Source of the DNA: Chlorokybus atmophyticus
Lineage: Eukaryota; Plantae; Mesostigma and Chlorokybus algae
Assembly: GCA_009103225.1 (NCBI GenBank)
Contig: RHPI01001831.1
Coordinates: 1-64,000, forward strand
DNA: 64,000 bases
Reading direction: 5' to 3'
The position numbers were made by a program, and so were the translations under genes. A model generated the notes under the pieces. That model did no database searches, had not been told where the DNA came from, and worked only from the letters and a program-made list of their open reading frames with translations. Each line of letters begins with the position of its first letter. Positions within the stretch are counted from its first letter, which is position 1. Shown here piece by piece: positions 48,473 through 62,800 of this stretch.

Positions 48473-49061
48473 NGTTGTACTCTGTTTCAAGCTAGGTACC
48501 ATACATGTTAAGAGCGGTACACACAGGTGCAGCGCATTGGTCCAGCTTGTAACAGAACAGATTAGTGTGTGTGGCATGTGGTGTGAGTGCGCGAGCAACT
48601 GGCGCTTTGATGTACCTTTGAACATTTGTGTACAGTAGAGACTCGACTTTACAGACTGCAGCTGTGAGTGAAACACATATCTCAGTTTAGTGAGCACAGT
48701 TTGTTCGTGTTACGCTCAAATTGTTTGAATTCGTCATCTTTTTTGCAGCTACAATCTCCCTTCTGGACAGCAGGGTCTTGAACAGTGATGGCATTGCAGA
48801 TCACGGAATTGTTTGCAGAAGAAGTCTGCTGTTGTTACGGACACTGGAATGCAGTGCCCAACTGTAACGCCCAGCTTATAGCTCTGTAAGTGCTGCTACT
48901 CGAATGCATCTGCTGGTCTGCAAAGTTCTTGCAGGTAGCGACGCTCTAAGATGTACGCTTTGTTGCAGCAAGTCAGTTTGGTGCTGTCTGTTGTGGTAAT
49001 AAACACCGACGCAGCAATAATACTCAGTTGTACCAGTCTAAACAGAAGAATATTAATTTCG

Positions 49062-52000
49062 TCAACAGGCCATGACATCAAACGGTTCAAATGTCGACTT
49101 GAACTTCTCAGCTAACCGCTCCTCCTCGGCCTTATCTATCCTGCACGCCTTCCAGTCGGCCCTCTCGGGCATGTTCAACATCTCCGCGAGCACGTCCCGC
49201 CCGAACTGCATCGGAAAACTCTTCTCTCCGTGCTTGATCATATGAACCAGCCGCGTGCCATCAGGCAACCTGCACATGAAGATGGGGCAGTTGATGCGGT
49301 GCTATTGGTTACGATGCAGCCGCTCGCACACACGCACACGCGCGTCCGTGCGCAGTGCATGCACCATGCAACACACGACAGACAGTCGCACAACCACGAG
49401 CTCAAGGGGTTGCATGATGCATGAAACATACTCAGCAAGGAAGTACTGTGCGCCAGCGCCGCCCGCAGCTTCCAGCAAATCGCCATCTTCACTTAGCGCC
49501 TTGGCGTGGGTTGATGACTTCTGTGGCAACTCGACGAATGCAAATCCTGCCCTCTCTGCATGGCTGTCCAGTACACGCCTAGCGAATGCCCTGGCCTCCC
49601 GTGAAATGGGGCAGACCTGTGCAATGGCATTTAACAATCCAATACATTCATGCCGAATACGTTGCTTACATGATTCACACGATGTGTACACACATGTGCA
49701 TGCCGATTTGCATAGAAACCAGGGCCATAATCATGTTACAGCAATGACTCCTTGCCTGGACATGACAGTGCGTTCCAGCTCGCAAGTTGAGGTACCGCTC
49801 AAAAACAAAGATGTCTTTTCCAACAGCCGCGAAGCATTTCCGCAGCGCCTCCTTGTATCTCTCAACTTCTTGCCCAATCGCCGGCGGCAACTGTCGGTTG
49901 TACCACACAATCAGCGGTGTACACGCCAATACACGTAGTCACAACAGTCACCTGCAGGCATGATGGGAAGTGCTCTATAGGGAGTAACAACACGTGCTCG
50001 GGTAAGATGCCGCCCTTCGCCAGCGCCAAATAGCAATCGGTGCCGACCGACACCACCAGATGCGTCTCGGCCTCTGAACTCGACAGGCAAAACCAGCAGG
50101 GGCCTGGAGGCTGGTGTTGCCTCGCTGCCAACGTACAAATCTCGGTATTAGGCACAGGTGCAATGACAACTTTAGCTAGATAATGCACGCACTCTCACAC
50201 GCGGGTGTAGGTGTATGTGCATGTGTATGTGTATGTGGATGTGTATCTATAGCAGCATGTGTGCACGCACACACTCATGCGCGCACACATGCGCACATTG
50301 TGTCATACCTCCGCTATGTTGCGCTGCATTCAAGTCGTGCGAGTAGCGACAGCTGTCGCCGCGTGTGCAGCTGCCTTTTTGGAACTCGAAGCAGACTTTG
50401 TTCCTGCCGGGTTCACCGCTGCCGGCATCTTGCATGCTATGCGAGTACCGACAAGAGTCGCCTCGTGCGCAGCGACCCTTCTGAAAGTCGAAACAAACCT
50501 ACCACAGTGCTGGTGAGCATGAAGCAATAGTACACATGCAGTTGCGCACATGCGGATGCAAAGTTTACATAAATACGCCTGTGTACTTATGTGCGCACGC
50601 GCTAACACGTGATCTGTAACGTCATGTTTTTTGTTGGTAACCAGTGGAGCACGCGTGCATCTGTATATGTGTGCATCCATGTGCACGTGCGCATTCGCAC
50701 ACAATGTGTTTGCCTACTTGTTGGCATGAGCACGTGCGCACGAGCGTATCAGAGGGTTGTCTGCAGTTATGTACGTGCGTGCCGACGTGTCTATAAACAC
50801 GCGGGCTGTGCGTATATCTATAACACATCGCCACGCACATACATGTACTGCGTGCATAAGCACGCAAAGCACACCGACACATCGCCAACCCTCCATAGCA
50901 ACAAAAAGCAAGTCATCTCACTCACTTTGGCTTCGGCTCCATCCGTCCTCGCCCTCTTCGCCCCCGTCACATCATATCTCCAGCTCTGCGTCGCATTTCC
51001 CTGCTGCTCTTCCGCAGCGATGGCGCGGAACCGCCCCGCCTTGCCCACGGCCTCCTCGTGTGCAACCTCCTCGCGGTATGGGTTGGACGTCGTGTTGGGG
51101 GGACGAGCGGAGAGGAGGGAGGAGTCCATGGACTCGGCTGATGTTAAAGATAAGGCGTGGAGGTACTTCTGCGGGGAGACAGAGTGAGCAAGAGGTGTGC
51201 ACGTGCGTGTGGGTGGGTGCACGTGCACGTGATAACTATTACGCAAGTGTGATCGCAGCGTACGAGGGCTGTACTTGTTTCTTGTCGTTGCCGACGTCCG
51301 CGAGCGCTATGAAGCGCGTGACGTGGCCAATCGCGTTGGCGTACGGCTCGCGCGCGTAGAACACCCCTTGTCTCGCTGCCACGTGGTACCTACGACATAA
51401 TCACACGAGACATTGTTGTTATGATAACACTCAACACCAGATGGCGTTACTGCAATCTACACGTGTAGTCATCATGCAGGATGAATGAATGCCAAGTATG
51501 AGTCGAACGATGCATGATGGTGCACTTTACCGTGGCTGGACTCTCAAGGCAGCATCCGCCACCACTGCACTGCCACAGTCTGCTGGCACACCTTCAGGGA
51601 GGGCCACACCTGCAAACACAACACACACATCAAGCAAGTTGCAAAACCTGAAGTTGATCTCATACCATGCACATCAACCACAAACAGTACGAGCATACTT
51701 GTGTTCTGGTGAGATGGCATGAGACAAAAGCATGTACAAGACTGTGTTTACAACAGGGTGAATGTTGAGACAAGCAACACATGTATGCAGACTGTCACGG
51801 ACAGCAACTCACCCTTGCAGACGCCTTGGGGCCACTCATCCGTGAGCAACAGATCAACAATGCCTTCCGCAGCAGCAGTTATCACCACTACAGCGTCAGA
51901 TTCAGCTGTGTTTCCGCCTTCACTTGCTGCCAAGTACGCCACTCGCAAACCTGCAGCAATAGACACTATACTTGTTAATCAAGCGCATTACAACATGAGG

Positions 52001-52759
52001 GGGTGCATGCATGCATGCGCAACTGTGTGCGCATGTGCAGGCGCGAGCGGGCTTGTCTATGTGTGTGTGTGTATGTCTGCGCGCGTGCATGCGTGCGCGC
52101 GTGTGTGTATATGTGCGAGTGTAAGTGTGTGCGCGCGCATGTGTGTGAGGGTAAGCGCGCATGCACGTGTGCACGTGCACACTTGCAGATGTGTGCATGC
52201 ACGCATGCCTGTGTGTTTACAAAGCATGCACTTGCGCATGTTCTGGGTATGTGCGAATAGTGCATGATGAAACAACAGCGTTTACCGTGGAGTTCACGCA
52301 CCCCGGCGGTTCCCAACGGACGCACGTTGGGGCAGTGGACAGGCGTGGCGGCCTCTCCAACAAAGTACAAAGGAATAGGCAGTGACTCCTCCGCTGCACA
52401 ACACACAGAAGCAGCGGTTTCATACCTGCATTGGTGCAGAGCCTTGACACGACTCTGCAACCCAATCTTCGTACCCATGCAAAGCACTCACAAAGCACAA
52501 AAGCACTCGCAACGGCATACGTGCACGAACATGCAATTGACAAGTAAGTCAGATGAGTGAGTGAGCGAGCGAGTAATTTAGTGAGTGCATACATGCACGC
52601 ACGCAGGCGAGTGTGAGTAAGTGCATGCACAATCACCTGCTTCGACTAAACTCACCTGTTCCATCGGCGTACGGCCTCAGCACGGCTTCCGCGTCCGCCC
52701 CGCCAAAGAAGTCGCCGACGCAGATGGCACAGTCGAAAGGGCCGTTTGACTTGTTCACC
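49062..52759 (-). CDS. CWF19L1: CWF19-like protein 1 (metallophosphoesterase-like N-terminus, CCCH finger, CwfJ domains), multi-exon; first exon lies further upstream and is unresolved
   Basis: [89 protein letters not shown] and [22 protein letters not shown]. Confidence 0.92.
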
Positions 52760-53581
52760 TGTTAAGCACATCGTCGCACAGAAGTCACAACAGCACAATG
52801 CCATCCCTGCTGTCCGTGTGCTTCCTCTCAGAGTAAACACAACAAGTTGTATATAGAACAACCCTGTGACTTGTAACCTGAAATCACATGTTTGCAAGTG
52901 ACAAAGCACAGCATGCGGGCCATGAGCATGGAGTCAACTTAGCTGAAGATTATGCTTGCAAGACGACAATGAGCGCCATCATAAAGCAGAGGTGTGCAGT
53001 TGCAGGGTGCAAGCTGTGAAGTGCGAGTAGCGTATGACAAAAAAACTCTACTGCAGCATTAAATAGTTGGACGCTCCACATCTGCGTGCTGCTAGCTTAG
53101 CTTAGCTTAGCTAAGCCGTGCTTAGCTGAGCTTGTAGAAGCGAAAGAACAGCCTGCTTGCATTACAATAGCAGAGACACCACAGCAACAGTAACAGCGAA
53201 CCATATTGAGTATGAATACAATATTCTAGCAAGTAAGCAAGCATCGTCACCGTCACCAGTAACATTGAACCTTGAAAATGGCTAACAGCGACAATCATGC
53301 AAGCTCACATATTGCATACTTGCTCACAAATTGCATGCTTGCTTACATACTTGCAAGCATGCAAGGGAGCATGCATGAGTAATCAATCAACCAAGAAATC
53401 AGTACTGGTAGCTGCCAGCTGCACAAACACACACGCTTACAGCAGCTAGTCGCTTGCACAGCTGCGGCAGCCTGCCCCGCACGTCCCCCACAAGCAGCAC
53501 CTTCGCCCCGGCCCCCGCCGCCGCCGCCGCCGCCGCCGCCGCCATGGCCACCGCCCAGGCAAGCAACCATGATCACAAACC

Positions 53582-56030
53582 ATGAGGACACACTTGCCTT
53601 GGGTGCAGCAGCAGGCGGCGGCGGCGGGCGACAAGGCGGCGGAGAAGCAGGCGGAGGTGGGGGAGGAGGGCTTGCTCAGGAACATGTACAAGAGGAAGAA
53701 CACGGTGCTGGACCGTGCCGCCGCCGCTGGGCGACGAGGCGGAGGAGGCGACAGCAGCAGCAGCAGCAGCGACAGCGAGGCTTCCTCAGGCAAGCAGCAA
53801 TGTCCTTCATGCTGTCGTTGTAATCTTCATCCTTGTGGTTGTGTGTTCTGTATTTTGTTCAACCCGTATTGTCAACCGCGGCACACAACCAGCAAATTCA
53901 TGCATGCCAATAGCTGCCGTGCCTTGAGAGCAATCGAGTGCATTATGTAACAAAGTGACGAACTCATTCACTCAAAGCCCAGAACTAGTAAGGTTGACGG
54001 ATAACTGAAAGACAAGTAGTAGGAGCAAGATGACACAAAGCGAGTAGCAGCAATCACGTTGTTGGAATCTTTCAAGCTGCTGCCAGTCTGCAGCTGCTTG
54101 CATACCTTGACAGTTCAAGCACCCTGAATACATACACTTGATTTACTCAAATACAGCATGAAATACAATACTTGGCTTTCCTTACACTGCAGTCGCGAAA
54201 CATATTGTGCTGCACTCTTTCATCACTCCCTAGAATAAAGGTGTCGTTTAGAATGCTGAACTGGTTAAGAGCAGACTCTGAGGTGGACGAGCAGCAGCAA
54301 GAGGAGGAGGAGGAGGTGACAAGTCCCGACGAACAAGAAGAAGATGATGAAGTTGATGAAGAAGGCAATGGTAATGCCCAAATCGATGACGACGACGACG
54401 CAGATGACGATGCTGGTACGCAACAGTTGTTGCAAGCAGAGTGCCCAGTCCTTTCCCATAGTACATACTCTTACCTCATTGTGGTTGTTTTAAGCTTGTG
54501 CATGCGCCTGCGCGGCTGCGCGTGGGCATTCAAACATGCGCGCGTGCGTACACAGGTGGTACGAGGAGAAGCCTACAGATGCCCTCAAGTTCAGAAGACG
54601 ACGCCAATGATGACAGCGGTGAGGACGACTCCGACGTCGATGACGACGGCCTCAACGACGATATCGAGTTGCTGGAGCGCACCCGCGAGCGCATCGCGGC
54701 CTCGTTTGGCGCGGAGGCGCTCGATATCGTGCAGATGACCGGCACAAAGAAGAAGGGCGGCGCGGTGTGGCGGTGCCGCGTGTGCCCGGGGGTGCTGTGT
54801 CTGTCTGAAGAGAGCATGCAAGCACACCTGACGAGCAAGGTAGAGTGTGTTGGTTGTTGTGTTGGACAGATGGGTTACATGAGGTTGTGAGGTGTTGTTG
54901 TGTGAGCAGCGAGTTTGTTTGTTTGTGGTAAGTGATGAAATTGCACTATGTGTGGTGCGAGCACTGCATGCACACATGTGCTACTCCTGGGGTATATGCA
55001 AGAGCGCGTGTGCACGTATGAGTGCATACTCCGTTCTGCAGGTGTAGTGTGTGTGCTTCTGCATGCGTCTGTGCACTTGCGCCCGCTTCATTGTGTGTGC
55101 ACGCTTTTATGTGTGCGTGCACATGCATGCGTGTCTATGCGTGTCTATGTGTGCATACACATGCGAACCTGCCCTTAAAAAATTCAACGAACATGTTGCC
55201 GTTGCCAGCGTCATCTGCGGTCTATAAAGAGCGGCGGGCCCAAAGAGGAGGAGGCCGAGACGCACGCAGACCGCCTCGCACGCACAAGACAACTTGAGGC
55301 AAGCTACGTGTCAATATAGCGTGCAGCACCTGTCATTAAAAAAGCCACAAGTTGCATGCAAACGATGCGCGTACTTCTACTACTGCTATCAACTTACAGG
55401 CAATCAATGGTTGTACAAATGCAGACATTGCATACAAGCCTACTGTTTATATTGTCACGTTGTTGTTGTCATTGTTGTGTTCGTCATTAAAAGGTGGTGA
55501 TGGCAATCCAACATACCATTTGTCCCACAGAATGCACCCGCGGTTGAAGCAAGCAAGCGTAGACGCGGTCAAGGCCGCCAGAGACAACGCAAGAGGGCAC
55601 TATTGAAGGTACGGATGACAGCCTTTTGTTCCCCATCTCTTGTTTTGTTGTAACTCCCAAACTTCCCTTTCATGTTACGTGCACAAGTAACACAACTTTG
55701 TTTCATGCATTCTTGTTGTGCAGTAAACTTGACGACTACACGTCGTGTTGTCACAGTGAGCGGTCTGTTCATGGTAGCCATGCTAACGCTTTCTCCCCGT
55801 GTCTTTTTATTATGCAGAAAGCTGGTGTGGAAGAGACGCCTTCAAAAGCTGATGAAGTCAAGCAAAAGAAGGCCACTCCAAAGCCCAAGAAGCCGCGTGA
55901 TAAGCCCACTGCGCAGACACATAAACAGAGTAGCAGCAAAGTTACTGGGGAGGTCAAGAAAGGCCAAACGCCCAAGACAGATGGCAACGCTGTAAAAAGG
56001 CGCGCGAAGAAATCTAAACTTTCACTGTAG
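53582..56030 (+). CDS. Uncharacterised multi-exon protein with acidic tracts, a C2H2/U1-like zinc finger and a Lys-rich tail (nucleolar-like)
   Basis: Exons with D/E runs; WRCRVCPGVLCLSEESMQAHLTSK joined to RHLRS across an intron; KKATPKPKKP tail. The start is uncertain. Confidence 0.7.
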
Positions 56031-56384
56031 CAAGGGTCTGCCATTTGCTCTCGCGTGCGTGCTTGTAAAAATCTATTTGCAAATGCACACACGCAAGGTA
56101 GTGCAAAACACACGAGCAAGCATGCATGTGTGTCCGCCATGCGTCTGCAAAGATGCGGTATGCCGCCGCCCAGTCTGATCCAACATGTGACCCACTCATG
56201 AAATGCACAGAAGGTCAAGTCAATAAAGGTCAGGCGATATAAGAAGCTGTACTGCTGATGGTACAAATCCAATTGACTTTTTTGCGAAATCTTACATCGT
56301 TCGGATGCAAATCCACTATGTACAGACTACCAGACAGCTGTGCATACCGCTGCGGTTAGCGTAAGCAACTTAGTAAGCTTCGTG

Positions 56385-59016
56385 TCATATGTTGGATTGA
56401 GAAGAGGAGCGTAAATGCCAGTCGAACGGCCCGCTCGTGCTCGTGATGTGCGCCTCGTTCAGAAACGTCTCCTGATCGCGATGCGTGGTGGTCAAGTAGA
56501 AGCCCCAGTGATAGTGCGCTCGTATCCTGCACGCCACAACACGTGCCACATTTGAGCAAGCTCCTTGCGCTGTGTCATGATAATGCAGTTATTGGGAGAT
56601 CCAAGAAAGTTGGTGTAATACTGTGCGACCAACTACAGACTGTGCAATGTGTCTCACCGTGAGTCTATGTATGCACGTGTGCACGTGCGTGCATGCGTGC
56701 GCATGAGAGTGCGTGCATGCATGCATGCATGCAAGCGCTCGGCGGGTGTATGCGCACGCATGTGTGTGTGTGCTTACCACAAGAAGAAGGACAGCAGGAT
56801 GAGGCCGGACATGATGCCCGCAATGGACGGTTGGCTGAACTGCATCCATGAGATGGTCACGACGTTTGCCATGAAGCACGGCACCGCTATTGAGAACAGC
56901 CGGAAAGCAAAGCGCCAGTCGTCTTCGCACCTGCATAGCACACAAAACGAAACATGCCATGTAAAGTTGGGCTGCTGCACACCACCGCACAGTTTGCATT
57001 GATAATGAGTATGAAGTGCATGGTATTGTATTAGCTGAAAAGGGTCGAACATTGTGTAAGTCAAGTTGTGTACCCGCAGTAATACACGCACACAAACATG
57101 CATATTTAGTGTACACACAGGAGCACCATGCACACGCATGCGCACAAAGACACGCACACACATTTGACGCGCGCGCGCGCATCCACCCGCACACGCTTGC
57201 ACTCGCACGCACACGCGCACACACGCACACACACACACCTCAGCTGCCAGTGCATCTGGAACGTCCTTTTCGGCGCGGGCGGCCTGTCTCTTTCGGGGTC
57301 TCTGGGTCCGAGCGCGAACCGTCGGCACCGCATCATGAACTCCTCCTCCGCGGCCTCCGAGACGTACGTCTGGCCGTTCTTCAACACGGAAGCGAGCATG
57401 AGGGTGGTGGTCATGAGAGAGGTGGTCATCAGGGAGACCTTAGGATAGGAGGTGTGTGAGAAGAGTGGAGAGAATGATGAAGGCAGATGTACGCAAAGCA
57501 TTCAGAAACACGCACCGCTACGAGGAATATGACTGAAAAAAAAGGACAACGTCTCGCTTGCATGCATGCACACGCACATGCGATGTCTAACGACGAGACA
57601 CATATATACGCTTGCGAACGGATGCATGCATACACATTGGATGCACAAGCTGTGGGCGTTGGACACAGGCCACAAAACAAAACAACGCTGCCACACAAGT
57701 CTTCATCACTCTACTGCACTTACCACAAGAGCTGTGGATATCCCATAAGCTGCAAGAAGCGCCTGCAGCACGGTTCGCATGGGTTCAATGAGACAAGCTA
57801 TGTGGAATCCCAACAACAAGGGATGTTGTGGTGTTGTTGTCACACTCACGAGGGACAGCGTGCGGCCCTGGAAGTTGAGCTGCGTGAGGGCGGTGAGCTG
57901 GAAGCCCGCGAAGAGCGCGGCCAGGTTGGAGAGGGACCTCAGCTGCTCCGACTTCTCCTCCACGTCCCGACGGTTCTTCTCAACAAACCTGTGATGTTTG
58001 TGTGTATGCGTGTGAGCACGCGCGTGCGAGCGCGCGTGTGCACGTGTGCAAGTGTGCAAGTGTGTACGCAAGTGTGCGTGTATGTGCACGTGCATGTGCG
58101 TGTACCCACGTGTGTGCGTGCGTGTGCATGTTGATCACACGATACTGCTATCAACCCAAGATGTGAGAGTCAGTAGTAGCAACCACATGGGCGATGCATG
58201 CACGAGGAGCGCACCGGTTCCACAAATAGCGCGCATTGTCGGCTTCTCTCTGCTCCCAGTCCAGCCCTCGCCATCTGCCGCAAACACAACACAACAAAAC
58301 AAACAGAATCAGGTGCATGTTTGTGAAGTAACCCAAAGTCAACACTCCCTGCGCAGCAAAAGAAACTGAGACAAGAATTCACTGCTGTTTCAAGCAAGCT
58401 GTTGCATGCAACAGAGGCTGCAAGTGACAAACCCGGTGGTGATTTGAGTTTTCAGCTTGGCATGAAGTGCAGACATGCACGCACATCAGCAGGCACGCAT
58501 TGACACACATAAATAGTGGTTCACGCACGCACGCACCACTCATTCACACTAAGTGTGGGTGAGCGAGCGAGCGAGCCAGTGAATACTCGCTCACTGGCTC
58601 ACTCGCTCGCACCCACACTTAGTCAGTCACATTCTCACTCACCTTCGCTCTTCTTCTCTCCATTCTCTCTCCTCCTGTCTGTTGCGCCTCTTGTCAAGCG
58701 CCTCCTCTAGCTCCTCCTTCTCCGCATCGCCTCCTGCACCTCCTACGCCTACAGCCTGAGCCTCATAGTAGGACTCTGAGTCCGAGAAATACTGCTGCTC
58801 CCCTCCAGCGCTGTGGTAACTCTCTCCGCCTCCTCCACCCAATCCTCCTCCTCCTCCTCCTCCTCCTCCTCTTCCTCCTCCTCCTCCTCCTCCTCCTCCT
58901 CCTCCTGCTGCTCCGCCTCCTCCACCTCCTCTTGGTGGTCGTCCACTTCCGCCTGCTTGCCCGTTAGAGTAGTAGTAGCGGTCTATCTCGGGTGAGACCC
59001 AGCGCCGGTCGGCCAT
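56385..59016 (-). CDS. Orai-like four-TM channel protein, multi-exon
   Basis: TM1 EQLRSLSNLAALFAGFQLTALTQLNF (compare Orai [21 protein letters not shown]), TM2 ALLAAYGISTALVVSLM, TM3 FSIAVPCFMANVVTISWMQF, TM4 AGIMSGLILLSFFLW. The last exon 56527-56385 is in frame after GT-AG splicing (..GPFDWHL..stop). Confidence 0.78.
58845..58905. repeat. (CCT)n trinucleotide tract encoding poly-Gly in the Orai-like N-terminus
   Basis: Directly visible; ORF 59016-58639. Confidence 0.9.
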
Positions 59017-59565
59017 CAGGCCATTTGACTACTGAACATGCGCGCTCAGCTGGGCGGCGTGCTTTGGCGTGGCCTGGTCTGGTCTGGCCCGAGCCAGGCC
59101 GACGACGCACGGCTAACGGCGAGGACTTCTGGGAGAGTGAAGTGTGCCCGCGGTCTACCGTTGCCGTTCCCTGTGTAACACGAATGTCTCCTGACAACTG
59201 CTGCAACTGATGTGTTGACTATTCAACGCTCACTGAACACAAAGATTACAGGTACAATCAATGCGGAAGGCAATTGCACATGCGCATGCACATGATTGTG
59301 AACGATGCTTCACACATCACGTTTAGAAACAATACTCTGAGCTTCGCTTTATGAGTCACAAACACTGTATGACATCTGCAAATGATGCGAGTACAATCAT
59401 GCAGCCAACATTCAGGTGCAGCCAGTGCACCCACGTAGCTAATCACATCGTTGGCTACTATGTTGACGTGCGGTTGCTATGATTGTTCCCATTTCGTCAT
59501 TGTCAGGCAGTCACTCTGCTGCCCCGCCTGTGACAAACAGCATGCTCATGGAAGTGATGCAGCAT

Positions 59566-59602
<37 letters not shown>

Positions 59603-59873
59603 CACCGGCACTGCAGCCACTTCTAAAGCGCTATTTCTTCCACGCTGCCACACAAGTGCCTAAAGCTGGAGAGTGCAAAAGCCTACGCAGCACTGCCAGC
59701 ACTCGCAGTCGTGCATGTCATCGATGGCCATCGCCGCTCAACACTTGTCAACTGGCAGCTAGCACAAAGATCGACACCACAACCACGGACAACAGTAGCG
59801 CAATGGCCAACTGCACAGCGGCAGAGCTGGCTGGCACTTGTGAAAGATGTTGACACTGATTTGTACCACAATT

Positions 59874-62800
59874 TCAAGCCGGCAACGTTTCAATGTCGTT
59901 AGCGCTGAACCGCATGCACTCGTCGTACAGTGCGGAGTTAAGCATCTCCGCGGTGAATGTGTCATCTCGCACCAACGACAGCGCGCTGTGGTAGTATTCG
60001 ATCGCGTCGGCGAGCCTGCCTTGCAGGTGACAGGTGTAGCCGAGTGCAGCGAGCGTGCTGCCGCGCTGCGGAGACAGGCAGAGTGCCTTCTCGTACCACA
60101 GCACAGCCTCTCCATACACCCTGAACACATGTTCACATTCACTGAAGCCTTGTAAGTCTGGGACCGGACCACGACCTTAAGGCTTGCTTGGAAACGACTG
60201 TGATTGTTGGAAATCTACACAGCGAACACGCATGTTACTCACTTGCGCTTGCGCAGTGCGTGCGCAAGGTTGACAATAGTAGCCTCCCAAGCGTCTCCAA
60301 GAGGCAGTGGTGCCAAGCTGAGAGCCCTTCTGAAATATCCTTCCGCTTCAGCAAACCTGATGCATGGCACATGAGCTCCTGCCAAATATGCCGACTGGTA
60401 TTGCAGACTTTCCTCTCAATAGTTGCATTCGGTGAAGCAGCTTCCATGTCTACCGGAAGTGACACTGGCTAAGCTTGCCAGAGAGGGGTTGTGTAATAAG
60501 ATGTGTCAGTGATACAATGACGCTTACTGCTGGTTGCGGAAAGCGAGCACTCCCAGCTCGTTGTAGAGGAGAGGATCGGTCTGGCAGACGGTGTGCGCTT
60601 GGACGAGGTACTGTTCGGCCAGGTTGGCGTTCAGTGTCCTCATGTACTCCATACCGATGCACAGCAGGGGCAAGTGACATCCAGGAAACAATCTGGCTGC
60701 TGTTCGGTACGCCGCCATAGCTTGGTCGCTCTCCTCTTGAGCTACACACAACCAGCCGTGAGTTTGTGTGCCACACCAGTCACATTTGCAATCAACTAGT
60801 ACTTGACACCGAGCTAAGAGCATGCATGCATGCATGCATAAGCTGTCAACACGCCCACCGGCAAAAGCGTGCCCAAAGCCTATCCACGCGGGCAGAAACA
60901 TGGCCTCCAAGGAGGTTGCTTTACTGTCAGCAAACAGACAAATTGAAAACACGGGGTTGCAGTCTCAAAGCACTGGCAGCGCAGAAACATCACATGGGCC
61001 ATAAGCACAGTTTGCTGAAGGAAGCAACGCAATGTACCTAAAGTGCCGTCGCGCAGCTTCAAACTGCTGTGTGCAATAGTAGTAGCAGCCAACTGCAAAC
61101 CAAGCTATGGCCCTGCGGCACACATGTTACCATACATACGCTTGCACACTTTTGTTCAGTGGATTGGCTGAACAACTCATTAAACAAGCCCGTGCCTTTT
61201 GGGGTATTCCTGTACAAGTTTGTGCGCTCGCAAAAACAAATCGTTCTTCTGCTTCAGCTCTACGGCGGATGCCAGATGGACTGGCAGGCACATAAGATCA
61301 TATGGATCCTTCTCAAGGAGCCTGTCATGCCAGTGCCACATCAGTTACCAACACCAAAACAAAGCCAATCGCATACATGTGGATTACGTAGCAGTGTTGC
61401 AATGCTAGATTCCAGGCACCCCAGGAGTGAGAGAAGTTTTTGCGGCCACTGGCAATAGCTGCAGCCTCAGCTTGTGTGTGGTTACCTTGTGGTGAGTTCG
61501 TAGGATAATTGGTACTGTCCGTTGTGATAGAGATAGTCAGCTTGATACGCAGCAACACAAGGGTTTTCCTTCAGGCTTACGCGCACTCCGCAGCAGTCCA
61601 CCCCAGACTCTAACGTGGATATTTCTGCCTCAAAGCTAGGCTGGTTGTACTGCAGCACAGATGGATGGCATCAACACCAGTGTCCAGATGTTGGTGTGCA
61701 CAACGTTGTCAAGTCCAACACTGCTTCAGCCGCATGGCACTGTGATCTTGCCAGGGACACAAGGATGCAGCCTCACGGGAATGCAATCACACGTTTAAGT
61801 CATCACTGACCTTTTTCGTTTTGCACTTGTACAATAGCAGCAACCACTGATCCTCCGGTTTGATTGCCAAGGAGTTCAGGAGCTGATGTTCTGCGTATGT
61901 GTTATGATGTAAACACAACATGCAACAGTGCACTTTCGCGAGCAGGATGCGCACCATCCTTGCTGGAGATCATATGATTATTGATGATGTGCTCAAACGC
62001 CTGCAAACAGCAAGAATCATAAATAGTACGAAGACTTGTGTAGCAACGCAGGTCTTGTAAGGAGTGGAGTACACATGTACTCTCTGCCACACCCACACCC
62101 AACAACAACTGACAACGTTGCTGCTCACCTCATAGCAGTACGGGTCCTTGCTTAGTGCTGCTTTGTAACTGGTGGCACAGCCATGCTTGTAAGCACTCTC
62201 ACCTCAAACTCCCATGAAGCATATTTACGCACGCATGACAGCTGCAATCATACCATTGCAAAGCACGAGGCCGGTTCTCTTGGGAATCGTGAATACGGCC
62301 CTTCAGCAAGAAAGTGACGGCCTCCAGCTGTTAACAAACAATGGATCACACAGCAGGCAGGCTGACTCAGCGGGCCTGTGACAGGCAAAGTGTATCGCAC
62401 GTTGATACCGCTGGAAGCTGTGCCTATTGCAAATGTCGGAGATTGAATACTCAAGTCGGCATCCATAGCACCCACACCATTGCTGCTGTCATTGTCAGCC
62501 TCAAGCAGAGTTACCGCCTCATCCCACTCTCGGCAAGCTTCCTGTGAATGTTGCAACACCATCGCAGACTCAAAAACAACAGGCGCTGTCAAGAGACCAT
62601 ACATACACGGATTAAGCGCTACACTTTGCGTACAATAAGAGATTATACTGCCGGGCCCAACCCACTTGATACCACTGGGTTGCGTCATGAAGATACAATG
62701 TAGGTAAGTGGCTTGACACCATAGCGCATATATCAATAACGCATATTCTACTTACCAGACACTTGGCAGAAAGGTAGCGAAACAATGGATGGGCAGCAAC

